From Planctomycetota bacterium (GTDB lineage: Bacteria > Planctomycetota > UBA1135 > UBA2386), in NCBI GenBank assembly GCA_016794035.1, contig JAEUHS010000016.1, forward strand, positions 6,536 to 70,535: 64,000 nt of DNA, written 5' to 3'. Positions 40,290 through 49,047 of this stretch are shown piece after piece. The translations under genes and the position numbers were made by a program. How positions within the stretch are numbered: position 1 is the stretch's first letter; each line of letters begins with the position of its first letter. The notes below the pieces were generated by a model. That model worked only from the letters and a program-made list of their open reading frames with translations. It was not told the origin of the DNA and did not search any database.

Positions 40290-42140
40290 ATGCTGCTCGC
40301 CCTGCTCACGGCCCTGTTCCCCGTCGTCGCGCCGCAGGAGCCGCTGCGCATCGGCCTCTTGGTGCCCGACGTCGCCACCGCCGAGGACCTGCCGTTCGTG
40401 CGCGGCGCGCGCCGCGCCGAAGCCCTGTACAACAGGCAGGGCGGCGTCGACGGCGCGCCGATCGAACTGGTGTTGGCGGCGGCGGCGGCGCCGGCCGAGG
40501 TCGCGGCGGCGATCGCCGCACTGCAGGCGGCGAACGTCTGCGCGGTGGTGGCGCCGCCCGAGCCGAGCCTCGCGCCGATCGTGCAGCGGGTCGCGCAGGG
40601 CAAGCTGCCGTGCGTCGCGCTCGTGGCCTCGCCGGCCGCGATCGCCAGGGCGCTCGACGACGTCTGCAACCAGACGTTCTGCATGCAGACCATCGGCCTC
40701 GTGCGCGACGGCAGCCGCGACGCCCGCGCGCTGGCGAAGCTGCTCGGCAAGGACGGCCTCTCCGCCCCTGCCGAACTGGTCTGGGACGTCGACGTCGGCG
40801 TCAGCAGCAAGACGTTCGGCAAGCAGCTGGAGAAGCAGCGGCCGCACCTGCTGCTGGTCGACGCCGAGCCCGAGGCGGCGGCGAGGTTCCTGACCGACGT
40901 GCTCGCCGGCGATGCGATCCCGGTCGTGCTGTCGCCGCGCGCCACCGGCCCGGCGACGCGCGCGCTGCCGCGCACCCTGTTCGCGATCCTCGGCCTGTCG
41001 GCGGCCTCGGTCGCGGTGACGCCGTTCCGCGCCGACTACGAGTTCGAGTACGGCGACATGGGCTACGGCGCGGCCGAGGGCTACGAGGGCGTGCTCGCGG
41101 TCGCCCGTGCCGTCGACGCCGCCGACGCGCGCGATGCGGCGGCGGTGAAGAAGGCGCTCGCGACGGTCGTCGTCGACGGGGCGCGCGGCAGCACGGCGTT
41201 CGACAGGGCGCTGGACGGACTGGCGATGCCGTGCGCGGTGTGGCTGCTGCGGCAGGGTGCGATCGAGCACTACGCGCCGCCGGTGGTGCCGCGCAAGCCG
41301 GCGGTCGCGGCGACGGGCACGTCGGCGGCGACCGCGGCCGGGCCGCAGGTGGGCGACGGCCCGCAGCCGCAGATCGGCGTGCCGTTCGGCACGTGGCGCA
41401 CGCGCCAGTTCGTGTTCGAGGACGGCGCGCAGTGGGTGCTGTGCCAGTGGGCCGACGATCCGGGCTTCGACACCAGCGGCGAGGATCTGGCCCTGCTCGG
41501 CCTGTCGACCAGGGGCGCCGATGCGATCGCCGACCATCTGGTGCGCGAGGAGATCCTGGCGCGCGTGCTGGCGATCGTGTCGACCAAGTTCGGCCGCAAC
41601 GAGGACGGCTCCGGCGTGCCCGGCAAGAGCCTGCGCATCTCGTTCGCCGCGCACGTCGACAAGAAGGAGCGCGAGAAGAAGAAGCAGCGGCTGTGGCCGG
41701 CGCGGTTCGGCGGCGACCACACCGGCGCCGGCGGCGAGGCGTTCGGCACCTACTGCCGCGTCTACACCGCGTTCATCCGCCGCACGATCTTCCAGGCCCA
41801 CGCGCTGGTGCCGCCGCTCGAGTCGGCCGATCGCACCTACCTCGACGGCAGCTACGCGTTCGGCAGCGATCTGGCGCGCGACAAGCGCAGCGAACTGATC
41901 CGCGCGCTGATCAACGGCTACGCCGGCTCGATGGCGCTGACGCTGGCGCACGAGGTCGGTCATCTCGCCGGTCTCGACCACGTCACCGACGACCCGGTCG
42001 AGATCATGAACGTCGACGAGGGCGCGGGCATCGACTACCGCGACGCGCACTTCGGGCCCAACACCTGGGCGATCATGGAGCGCCGCTACGGGCTGACCGA
42101 GGCGCCGGGGCGCAAGGTGCCGCGCCCGATCGGTCGGTGA
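40290..42140 (+). CDS. secreted fusion protein: type-I periplasmic binding protein (LivJ-like) domain + C-terminal metzincin-type zinc metallopeptidase domain
   Basis: Signal peptide MLLALLTALFPVVAPQ. The N-terminal half is PBP1-like (LRIGLLVP...GARRAEALYNRQGGVDGAPIELV...GYGAAEGYEGV). The C-terminal half has HEVGHLAGLDH (HExxHxxGxxH) and a following Met (VEIMNV). Confidence 0.7.
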   Translation: MLLALLTALFPVVAPQEPLRIGLLVPDVATAEDLPFVRGARRAEALYNRQGGVDGAPIELVLAAAAAPAEVAAAIAALQAANVCAVVAPPEPSLAPIVQRVAQGKLPCVALVASPAAIARALDDVCNQTFCMQTIGLVRDGSRDARALAKLLGKDGLSAPAELVWDVDVGVSSKTFGKQLEKQRPHLLLVDAEPEAAARFLTDVLAGDAIPVVLSPRATGPATRALPRTLFAILGLSAASVAVTPFRADYEFEYGDMGYGAAEGYEGVLAVARAVDAADARDAAAVKKALATVVVDGARGSTAFDRALDGLAMPCAVWLLRQGAIEHYAPPVVPRKPAVAATGTSAATAAGPQVGDGPQPQIGVPFGTWRTRQFVFEDGAQWVLCQWADDPGFDTSGEDLALLGLSTRGADAIADHLVREEILARVLAIVSTKFGRNEDGSGVPGKSLRISFAAHVDKKEREKKKQRLWPARFGGDHTGAGGEAFGTYCRVYTAFIRRTIFQAHALVPPLESADRTYLDGSYAFGSDLARDKRSELIRALINGYAGSMALTLAHEVGHLAGLDHVTDDPVEIMNVDEGAGIDYRDAHFGPNTWAIMERRYGLTEAPGRKVPRPIGR

Positions 42141-42146
42141 ACCGGA

Positions 42147-42779
42147 TCAGGACACCAGCACGACCGGCAGGTGCGGCCGCAGGTCGAGGCGGCGGCCCTG
42201 CGCGTCGGCGAGGGTCAGTTCGAGCAGGTGTTCGCCGCCGTCACGGATCTGCAGCCCCGGCACCGACAGCTCGCGCAGCAGCGACATCGGCGCCAGGTCC
42301 GGCACCGTGACCGCGACCGCGGCGAGACCCCGGTCGGCCAGCGCGTGTGGCACGCCGAACGGCTGGAACGGCCGGTCGACCGCGAACAGCAGCGGTTCGC
42401 CGATCACGCCGCTGTTGCTCGCCATCGCGATCGACGTGCCGGCCGGCAGGTAGGCGGGCCGGTAGGGCCAGGCGACGAACGGGGTCGGCTCGCCCGCGGC
42501 ACCGGGTCGCAGGCAGACGCCGAACGGCGACGCGCGCGTGTGCCGCCAGCGCGCGCGCTCCTGCAGGCCGAGCGGCTTCACCATCACCTCGCGGGCGCCG
42601 GCCTCGTCGGCGAGCCACAGCAGTTCGAGGTAGGCGTCGCGGAAGCCGAAGCAGACGTTGGCCGTGCCCTGGCCGCGGTGTTCGCGCTGCACGCCGACCC
42701 GCAGGCCGGCGGCGGCCAGGTGCCGCTGCTCCGGAGCGTCCCGGTCACAGAAGACGAACACGTGGTCGACGACGGGCAT
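42147..42779 (-). CDS. glyoxalase-like/VOC superfamily domain protein
   Basis: MPVVDHVFVFCDRDAPEQRHLAAAGLRVGVQREHRGQGTANVCFGFRDAYLELLW resembles the Glyoxalase_3 type. Confidence 0.65.
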   Translation of the reverse strand: MPVVDHVFVFCDRDAPEQRHLAAAGLRVGVQREHRGQGTANVCFGFRDAYLELLWLADEAGAREVMVKPLGLQERARWRHTRASPFGVCLRPGAAGEPTPFVAWPYRPAYLPAGTSIAMASNSGVIGEPLLFAVDRPFQPFGVPHALADRGLAAVAVTVPDLAPMSLLRELSVPGLQIRDGGEHLLELTLADAQGRRLDLRPHLPVVLVS

Positions 42780-42853
42780 GAAATGGCAGCATGCGGCCGC
42801 AACGCCGGCAAAGGAAGTGTGCGCGGCCGGCCGCCGGCTACAGTGCCGGCCGC

Positions 42854-43672
42854 ATGAGCACTCAGACCGGAACCGCCAACATGGCCGTCTTCTGCGACTT
42901 CGAGAACGTCGCGCTCGGCGTCGCCGACGCCAAGTACGCCAAGTTCGACATCGAGAAGGTGCTGGACCGGCTGCTGCTGAAGGGCAGCATCGTGCTGAAG
43001 AAGGCCTACTGCGACTGGGACCGCTACAAGGCCTGGAAGGGCGCCATGCACGAGGCGGCGTTCGAGCTGATCGAGATCCCGCACCGGCGCATGTCCGGCA
43101 AGAACTCGGCCGACATCCGGCTCGTCGTCGACGCGCTCGACTTCTGCCACACCAAGGATCACGTCGACACGTTCGTGATCATCAGCGGCGACTCGGACTT
43201 CTCGCCGCTGGTCAGCAAGCTGCGTGAGAACAACAAGAAGGTGGTCGGCGTCGGCGTCAAGAACTCGAGCAGCGACCTGCTGATCGCCAATTGCGACGAG
43301 TTCATCTACTACGACGACCTCGTGCGCGAGAAGCCGGCGCGCAAGGCGCCGACGCAGCGGGCACCAGCTCGCAGTCCCGGCGAGAAGGGCACCGCCAAAC
43401 GGGCCGGCGACGACCGCACCAACGAGGCGCTCGACCTGATCCTGGAGACGATCGAGGCGCTGATGAACGAGCGCGGCACCGACGAGCGCATCTGGGGCTC
43501 GATGATCAAGCAGGCGCTCAAGCGCCGGAAGCCCGGCTTCAGCGAGGGGTACTACGGCTTCCGCTCCTTCAACGAACTGCTCGAAGAGGCGGAGGAGCGC
43601 GGCTACCTGTTGCTGGAGCCGTCGGAGAACTCGGGCGCCTACGTGGTGCGCTTGCCGTCGCCCGGCAAGTGA
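42854..43672 (+). CDS. NYN (LabA-like PIN-fold nuclease) domain protein with C-terminal OST-HTH/LOTUS domain
   Basis: ORF 42791..43672 trimmed to ATG 42854. NYN motifs MAVFCDFENV, KNSADIRLVVDALD and FVIISGDSDFSPLVSKLRENNKKVVGVG. LOTUS region WGSMIKQALKRRKPGFSEGYYGFRSFNELLEEAEERGYL. Confidence 0.82.
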   Translation: MSTQTGTANMAVFCDFENVALGVADAKYAKFDIEKVLDRLLLKGSIVLKKAYCDWDRYKAWKGAMHEAAFELIEIPHRRMSGKNSADIRLVVDALDFCHTKDHVDTFVIISGDSDFSPLVSKLRENNKKVVGVGVKNSSSDLLIANCDEFIYYDDLVREKPARKAPTQRAPARSPGEKGTAKRAGDDRTNEALDLILETIEALMNERGTDERIWGSMIKQALKRRKPGFSEGYYGFRSFNELLEEAEERGYLLLEPSENSGAYVVRLPSPGK

Positions 43673-43673
43673 G

Positions 43674-44762
43674 TCATCGGCCCGTGTCGGTGGCGGCCGG
43701 CGCCGTGCCGACCTCGACGTCGAACACGCTCTCGCCGTCACCGGCCGGCCACGCGACCAGTCGATGGCCGTCGAGCGCGAGCTGCCAGACGCCGCCCTCG
43801 GCGGCGCGCGCGAACAGCCGCCACGACGCGAGCTGACGGTTCTGGCCTTCCTCGACGATCGTCTCGGCGGCCGGCGCCGCCGGCGGCCGCGGCGGCGGCG
43901 CTGCGACCGGGCGCTGCAGCCGCTCGCGCAGGTCGATGCGCGCCGACTGCGGCACGCGCAGGGCCCGCACCGCGCGGCGGTGGGGGCCGTCGCGATGCAG
44001 CGCGCCGATGTCGAGCAGCAGCGCCTCGGCCGTGCCGATGCCGGTCAGTACGCCGGTCGCCAGGTCGAGCTCGACGCAGCCGTCTTCGCTGACGCCGATG
44101 CCGAGCCGCTGCCCGGTCGCTTCCAGCGCGGCGACCAGGCGGCCGGTGCGATGGCGTTCGAAGAAGTGCGAGTCGGTCATCACCCACGGCTCGAACAGCA
44201 TGCCGGGGCCGACGCGCGGGCCGCCGTCGCCGAGCGCGTCGCCGCTGCTGCCGCCGAGCAGCATGCGTTCGCCCATCATCGCGCAGCCGGCGCTCGAGCC
44301 GGCGATCACGCCGCCGCGTTGCAGCAGCCGCCGCATCGCCAGCCACTCCGGCGTGTCTCTGCCGCCGGGCCGGTACCGATCGGTGATGCGCTGCTGATCG
44401 CCGCCGGTGAAGAACAGGCCGGTCGCCCGGTCGATCGCGGCGACGGTCGCCTCGGTCGTGGTCTCGCGCCGCACGACTTCGCACGGCAGGCCGGGCCACC
44501 AGGTCTGCAGCGCCGCGACCTTGCCGGTCGCCATGTCGTCCTGGTCGCCGCTGGCAGCGGTGACGACGACGATGCGCGGCGGTCGGTCGCGGCCCGCCAG
44601 CGCCAGGAAGCGGTCGAACACCGGCTGCTGGTCGTCGTCGAGTCCGCCGCCGATCAACAGCAGCGCACCCTCGGCCGCGCGCGGGAAGCGCGGCCGCGCG
44701 GTCCGGCAGCTCGCGGCCAGCACGGCGGCCAGCAGCAGCACGACCAGGCGCACGCGGCTCAT
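43674..44762 (-). CDS. cyanophycinase-like serine peptidase (S51), lipoprotein, with ~80-aa C-terminal extension
   Basis: This is the real 3' part of ORF 43674..45764. ATG 44762 overlaps the upstream TGA (ATGA). Lipobox LAASC. Motifs LLLIGGGLDDD, FTGGDQQRI, IAGSSAGCAMMG (nucleophile Ser) and TDSHFFERHRTGRL. Confidence 0.85.
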   Translation of the reverse strand: MSRVRLVVLLLAAVLAASCRTARPRFPRAAEGALLLIGGGLDDDQQPVFDRFLALAGRDRPPRIVVVTAASGDQDDMATGKVAALQTWWPGLPCEVVRRETTTEATVAAIDRATGLFFTGGDQQRITDRYRPGGRDTPEWLAMRRLLQRGGVIAGSSAGCAMMGERMLLGGSSGDALGDGGPRVGPGMLFEPWVMTDSHFFERHRTGRLVAALEATGQRLGIGVSEDGCVELDLATGVLTGIGTAEALLLDIGALHRDGPHRRAVRALRVPQSARIDLRERLQRPVAAPPPRPPAAPAAETIVEEGQNRQLASWRLFARAAEGGVWQLALDGHRLVAWPAGDGESVFDVEVGTAPAATDTGR

Positions 44763-45757
44763 CGCTCGAAGATCGCGACCTCGAAGCGGCCGCGGCTGTC
44801 GGCCAGCGCGCGATACATGCCGTCGGAGTTGTAGACGGCGAACGCGTTGCCGCCGGCGTCGACCGCGACCACGCCGCCGTCGTCCCGGGCCAGCGTGTGC
44901 ATCACCACCGCGGTCGCGGCGGTGGCGAGGCTCTCCCCGGCGAACTCCATGCGCGCCGCGATCGTACGCGCGACGGTGTGGCGGAGGAACTGCTCGCCGG
45001 TGCCGGTGCCGCTGACCGCGGCGTAGCCGTTGGCGTAGGTGCCTGCGCCGACGATCGGCGAGTCGCCGACGCGGCCGAACTGCTTGCCGGTCAGACCGCC
45101 GGTGCTGGTCGCCGCCGCGAGCCGACCCTGCCGATCGAGCGCGACGCAGCCGACGGTGCCGGAGTCGGCGCCGGGGACCTTGCGTTCGCGTTCTTGCAGC
45201 ACCTCGTCGAGCATGCGCCGCCGCGCCGGGGTCGTGAACCACTCGTTGGGCACGCGTTCGACCCCCATCGCGGTCGCGAACTGCTCGGCGCCGTCGCCCA
45301 TCAGCAGCACGTGCCGCGTGCGCTGCATCACGAGGCGCGCCAACGACACCGGGTTCTTGACGGTCTTCACGCCGGCGACGGCGCCGCACGCCATCGTGCT
45401 GCCGTCCATGATCGCGGCGTCGAGTTCGTGGCCGCCGTTCTCGTTGCACGCCGCGCCCTTGCCGGCGTTGAACAGCGGGTCCGCCTCGAACTGGCGCACG
45501 ACCGCCTCGCAGACGTCGAGCGCGGCGTCGCCGCGCGCCAGGCGGTCGCGGCCGACGGTCAGCGCGCGCTCCATCGCGTCGCGATAGGCCTGCAGGTCGG
45601 CGGCCGGCGCGTCGCGCTCGAGCGTGCCAGCACCGCCGTGGATCGCGATCGCCCACGCGCCCGGCGGCGCCAGCGGCGGTGGGTGGGAGCCGCCGGTGGA
45701 CACACAGCCGCCGGCGAACGGCAGCCAGAGGACGACGAGGCAGATCGGCGCGCGCAT
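44759..45757 (-). CDS. iaaA: isoaspartyl peptidase / L-asparaginase (Ntn hydrolase), lipoprotein
   Basis: This is the real 3' end of ORF 44759..50605, starting at ATG 45757. Lipobox PFAGGC. Motifs IAIHGGAG, NAGKGA, GTVGCVALD (autoprocessing Thr), TSTGG and VSGTGTGE. Confidence 0.88.
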   Translation of the reverse strand: MRAPICLVVLWLPFAGGCVSTGGSHPPPLAPPGAWAIAIHGGAGTLERDAPAADLQAYRDAMERALTVGRDRLARGDAALDVCEAVVRQFEADPLFNAGKGAACNENGGHELDAAIMDGSTMACGAVAGVKTVKNPVSLARLVMQRTRHVLLMGDGAEQFATAMGVERVPNEWFTTPARRRMLDEVLQERERKVPGADSGTVGCVALDRQGRLAAATSTGGLTGKQFGRVGDSPIVGAGTYANGYAAVSGTGTGEQFLRHTVARTIAARMEFAGESLATAATAVVMHTLARDDGGVVAVDAGGNAFAVYNSDGMYRALADSRGRFEVAIFER

Positions 45758-45801
45758 GGCGCATGGTGTAGCGGCGCGGCGGGTGCGATGCGATCCCGAG
45801 G

Positions 45802-48800
45802 TCACGTCGGGCGCGGGTCGACCTGCAGCAGGTCGTTGACGGCCGCCAGCAGGGCGCCGATCGCGAACGGCTTCTCCAGCAGGCGCAGCGGGCCGTCGGC
45901 GCCGGTGCCGAGGTCGCCGGCCTCGCCGAAGAAGCCCGACACGAACAGCACCGGCAGCCCCGGCCGCTCCGCGGTCAACGCCGCCGCCAGTTCGCGGCCG
46001 CCCAGGCCCGGCATCACGACGTCGGTGATCAGCAGGTCGATCGTGCCGCGATGCCGGCGCGCGACGGCGAGCGCGCTCTGGCCATCGCTGGCGAGCAGCA
46101 CGGTGTGGCCGGCGCGCTGCAGCGCGCGCTGCACGAGGCCGCGCACCGGCGCCTCGTCCTCGACCAGCAGGATCGTCGCGGCCGCCGTCGGCGTCGGTGC
46201 CGCCGGCGCGACGGGCTCCGCCCCGGCGGCGCCCGTCGTCGACGGCAGCCGGATCCAGGCGGTCGTGCCCACGCCCGGTTCGCTCTCGAGCCACGCGTCG
46301 CCGCCGCTCTGCCGGGCGATGCCGTACACGGTCGACAGGCCGAGCCCGGTGCCCTTGCCCGGTCCCTTGGTGGTGAAGAACGGGTCGAACGCGTGCGAGC
46401 GCACGGTCTCGTCCATGCCGGTGCCGGTGTCCCGCACCCACAGCAGCGCGTGCGGCGCCGAGTTCTCGGTGCCGGGGACGTTGGCGACGCCGATCGTCAG
46501 CGTGCCGCCGGCCGGCATCGCGTCGCGCGCATTGACGACCAGGTTCAGCAGCACCTGTTCCATCTGGCTGCGATCGACGCGCACCGGCACCGGCCCGCCG
46601 GGCCGTTCCTGGCGCAGCTCGATGCTGGCGCCGATCAGGCGCTGCAGCAGCTCGGCCAGTTCGTCGACGATGGCGGCGAGGTCCATGACGTGGGGCGCCA
46701 GCAGCTGCTGGCGGCTGAAGGCCAGCAGCTGGCGCGTCAGCCCAGCGGCCCGCGACGCTGCATCGAGGATGCCGCGGGTGTCGGCGCGTCGCGCGTCGTC
46801 GGACGGCAGCGACTCGTCCAGCGCTTCCGCGTAGCCGACCACCGCGGTCAGCAGGTTGTTGAAGTCGTGCGCGACGCCGCCGGCGAGCTTGCCGACGGCC
46901 TCCATCTTCTGCGCCTGCCGCAGCTGCTCCTCGAGCGACTTGCGCGCGGTGATGTCGGCGACCACGCCGACGTAGGCACCGCCGCCGTCGAGGCCGCGCA
47001 CCAGCGTGCTCGACACCAGCGCCCAGAACCGCGACCCGTCCCGGCGGTGCAGCTGCATCTCGTCGGCCTCGTGCTGTCCCCGGTCGGTGCACAGCGAGGC
47101 GAGGTCGGCCAGATGTGCGGCCGGCAGGTCTGCGTCCGTCGCGACGAGGCGCAGCATCTCCTCCGGCGAGTCGTAGCCGAACAGCTCGGCGAAGCGTTGA
47201 TTGGCATAGGTCAGGCCGTGACCGTGCACGCAGCGGAACAGGCCCTCGGCGACGTGGCGCTGGATCGACACCAGCAGCGACTCCCGTTGTTCGCGTTCGA
47301 TGACGACGCCCGTGAGCACCGCGGCCCGTTCGACCAGTTCGATCTGCGCGGCGGTCGGCTGCCGGGGTTCGCGGTGGTAGATCGCGAAGGTGCCGACGGG
47401 TCGGCCGGCCGGCGAACGGATCGGCACCGACCAGCACGCGCGCAGACCATGGCTGGCGGCCGCTTCCCGCGCGATGTCCCAGGCCGGGTCGCGGGCGATG
47501 TCCGCGGTGATCACCGTGCGATTGTCGTGGGCCGCCGTGCCGCAGGTCCCGACCGCGGGACCGATCTCGATGCCCTCGATCGCCGCGCTGTAGCCCGACG
47601 GCAGCGAGGGAGCGCAGGCGAGGTGCAGCCGGCGGCCCTGCAGCAGCAGGATCGAGCCCATGCCGCGGCCCATCTGGCCCTCGATGCCCCGCACGATCTC
47701 GGTGAACACGTCCTGCACCGGCCGCGCCGTGGCGACGAGTTCGAGGATGCGGGCCTGCCAGGCCAGCAGCCGCTCGATCGCGGCGCGCTCGCTGACGTCG
47801 CGCACGATGCCCAGCACCTCGTCGTCGGCGAGACGGATGAAACGCGCCTCGCGCACCCGGTGGTGATGCGGCGGACTCAGCGGATACTCGATCGCACCGG
47901 AGCGACCATGGGTGCAGGCGTCGTCGATGGCGCGCAGCATGCGGTCGGCGACGTCGGCCGGCACCAGCGCCTCGAGCGGCTGGTCGATCAGGCGCTCGCG
48001 CGGCGTCGGCAGCGGCACGCCTTCGGGCACCAGCGCGTCGAGCACGGTGCCGTCGCGGCGCATGCGGTAGACGACGTCCGGCAGCACGTTCAACAACGCC
48101 GCGCGCAGTCCCTCGCTGCGGAACCAGCCCTGTGCGTTCGCCTGCCGCTCGGCGAACAGGCTGCCGAACACCAGCGGCACCGCCAGCAGCATCAGTTCGA
48201 AGATCTGGATCGCGGTGTGGCGCTCGCGCAGCGACGCCAGCTGGAACGGGCCGATGGCGTGGCTCGACGCGACGGTGACCGTGACGGCCGCGAGGAACGA
48301 CGCGGTCGTGGTGCCGCGCAGGCCGAAGCGCCACGCGACCGCCAGCAGCAGCGGCACCAGCCCATAGAGCATCACGATCGAGGTCGCGTTGGCGGACAGC
48401 TGCGTCAGCACGCCCCACGCCATGCCCGATATCACCGCCATCAGCAGCGCACCCTCGAGCAGCGGTCGCGGCCGCAGGCGCGGGCGCCCGCCGGCGGACC
48501 AGGTCAGCACCAGTGGCACGACCGCCAGCACCCCGAGCGCGTTCATGCGCCACCAGCCGTAGTAGCCCGACGCGCGCGGGCCGACGCCCACCACCGTGCA
48601 GAAGATCGTCGACGTCACGACGCTGGCGAGCGGCGCGACCGCCGCCGTGAGCAGCAGCGCCAGCACGTCGCGCAGCCGGGCGAACGCCGCCTGGCAGCCA
48701 CACGCGCGCAGCACCAGCACGCCGACCACCGCCTCGGCGGCGCTGCCGAGCCCGGCGGTCACCGCCGCCGCGGGCAGATAGTCGTTCCACAGCCGCTGCG

Positions 48801-48990
48801 CGACGACCGCGGCGAAGACGACGGCCGCCGCCGGCAGGCCCAACAGCCAGGTGCCCGCGACCGCGACGCCGCTCGGCAGCCAGACGATGGCGTGGGTGAC
48901 GGCCGGTCCGTCGAGGGCGTGCAGCAGTCCTGCCGCGACGAACGCGAGCAGGAACGCCACGTAGCGCAGGGTTCGTGTCGCCGCGGGCAT
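45802..48990 (-). CDS. hybrid sensor histidine kinase/response regulator (MASE1-like membrane domain, PAS, GAF, PAS, HisKA, HATPase_c, REC)
   Basis: About 8 N-terminal TM helices ([17 protein letters not shown]). H-box [11 protein letters not shown]. ATPase motifs [16 protein letters not shown] and GTGLGLS. Receiver motifs [17 protein letters not shown] and LEKPF. Confidence 0.9.
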   Translation of the reverse strand: MPAATRTLRYVAFLLAFVAAGLLHALDGPAVTHAIVWLPSGVAVAGTWLLGLPAAAVVFAAVVAQRLWNDYLPAAAVTAGLGSAAEAVVGVLVLRACGCQAAFARLRDVLALLLTAAVAPLASVVTSTIFCTVVGVGPRASGYYGWWRMNALGVLAVVPLVLTWSAGGRPRLRPRPLLEGALLMAVISGMAWGVLTQLSANATSIVMLYGLVPLLLAVAWRFGLRGTTTASFLAAVTVTVASSHAIGPFQLASLRERHTAIQIFELMLLAVPLVFGSLFAERQANAQGWFRSEGLRAALLNVLPDVVYRMRRDGTVLDALVPEGVPLPTPRERLIDQPLEALVPADVADRMLRAIDDACTHGRSGAIEYPLSPPHHHRVREARFIRLADDEVLGIVRDVSERAAIERLLAWQARILELVATARPVQDVFTEIVRGIEGQMGRGMGSILLLQGRRLHLACAPSLPSGYSAAIEGIEIGPAVGTCGTAAHDNRTVITADIARDPAWDIAREAAASHGLRACWSVPIRSPAGRPVGTFAIYHREPRQPTAAQIELVERAAVLTGVVIEREQRESLLVSIQRHVAEGLFRCVHGHGLTYANQRFAELFGYDSPEEMLRLVATDADLPAAHLADLASLCTDRGQHEADEMQLHRRDGSRFWALVSSTLVRGLDGGGAYVGVVADITARKSLEEQLRQAQKMEAVGKLAGGVAHDFNNLLTAVVGYAEALDESLPSDDARRADTRGILDAASRAAGLTRQLLAFSRQQLLAPHVMDLAAIVDELAELLQRLIGASIELRQERPGGPVPVRVDRSQMEQVLLNLVVNARDAMPAGGTLTIGVANVPGTENSAPHALLWVRDTGTGMDETVRSHAFDPFFTTKGPGKGTGLGLSTVYGIARQSGGDAWLESEPGVGTTAWIRLPSTTGAAGAEPVAPAAPTPTAAATILLVEDEAPVRGLVQRALQRAGHTVLLASDGQSALAVARRHRGTIDLLITDVVMPGLGGRELAAALTAERPGLPVLFVSGFFGEAGDLGTGADGPLRLLEKPFAIGALLAAVNDLLQVDPRPT

Positions 48991-49028
48991 CGCCGCCCGA
49001 GGGTAGCGAGCGCCGCCGGGCGACGCAT

Positions 49029-49047
49029 GGGGGGGGGCGCCCCCGGG
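49029..49047. repeat. G/C-only element GGGGGGGGGCGCCCCCGGG (G9 run plus the 12-nt palindrome GGGGGCGCCCCC)
   Basis: Read directly. It lies between the Kelch-1 stop (49048) and the HK start (48990). Confidence 0.9.

Noticed and set aside
42854-43672. NYN nuclease as part of a toxin-antitoxin or anti-phage defence island
   Set aside because: There is no adjacent small partner gene. There are no other defence-type domains, integrase or compositional break nearby. The flanking genes are ordinary metabolic genes.
48759-49028. ATG at 49028 immediately after the C9 run (89-aa minus ORF) as an alternative, phase-variable start for the histidine kinase
   Set aside because: It is out of frame with the HK (38 nt upstream of ATG 48990) and encodes Arg-rich junk. 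The homopolymer is not inside either reading frame.
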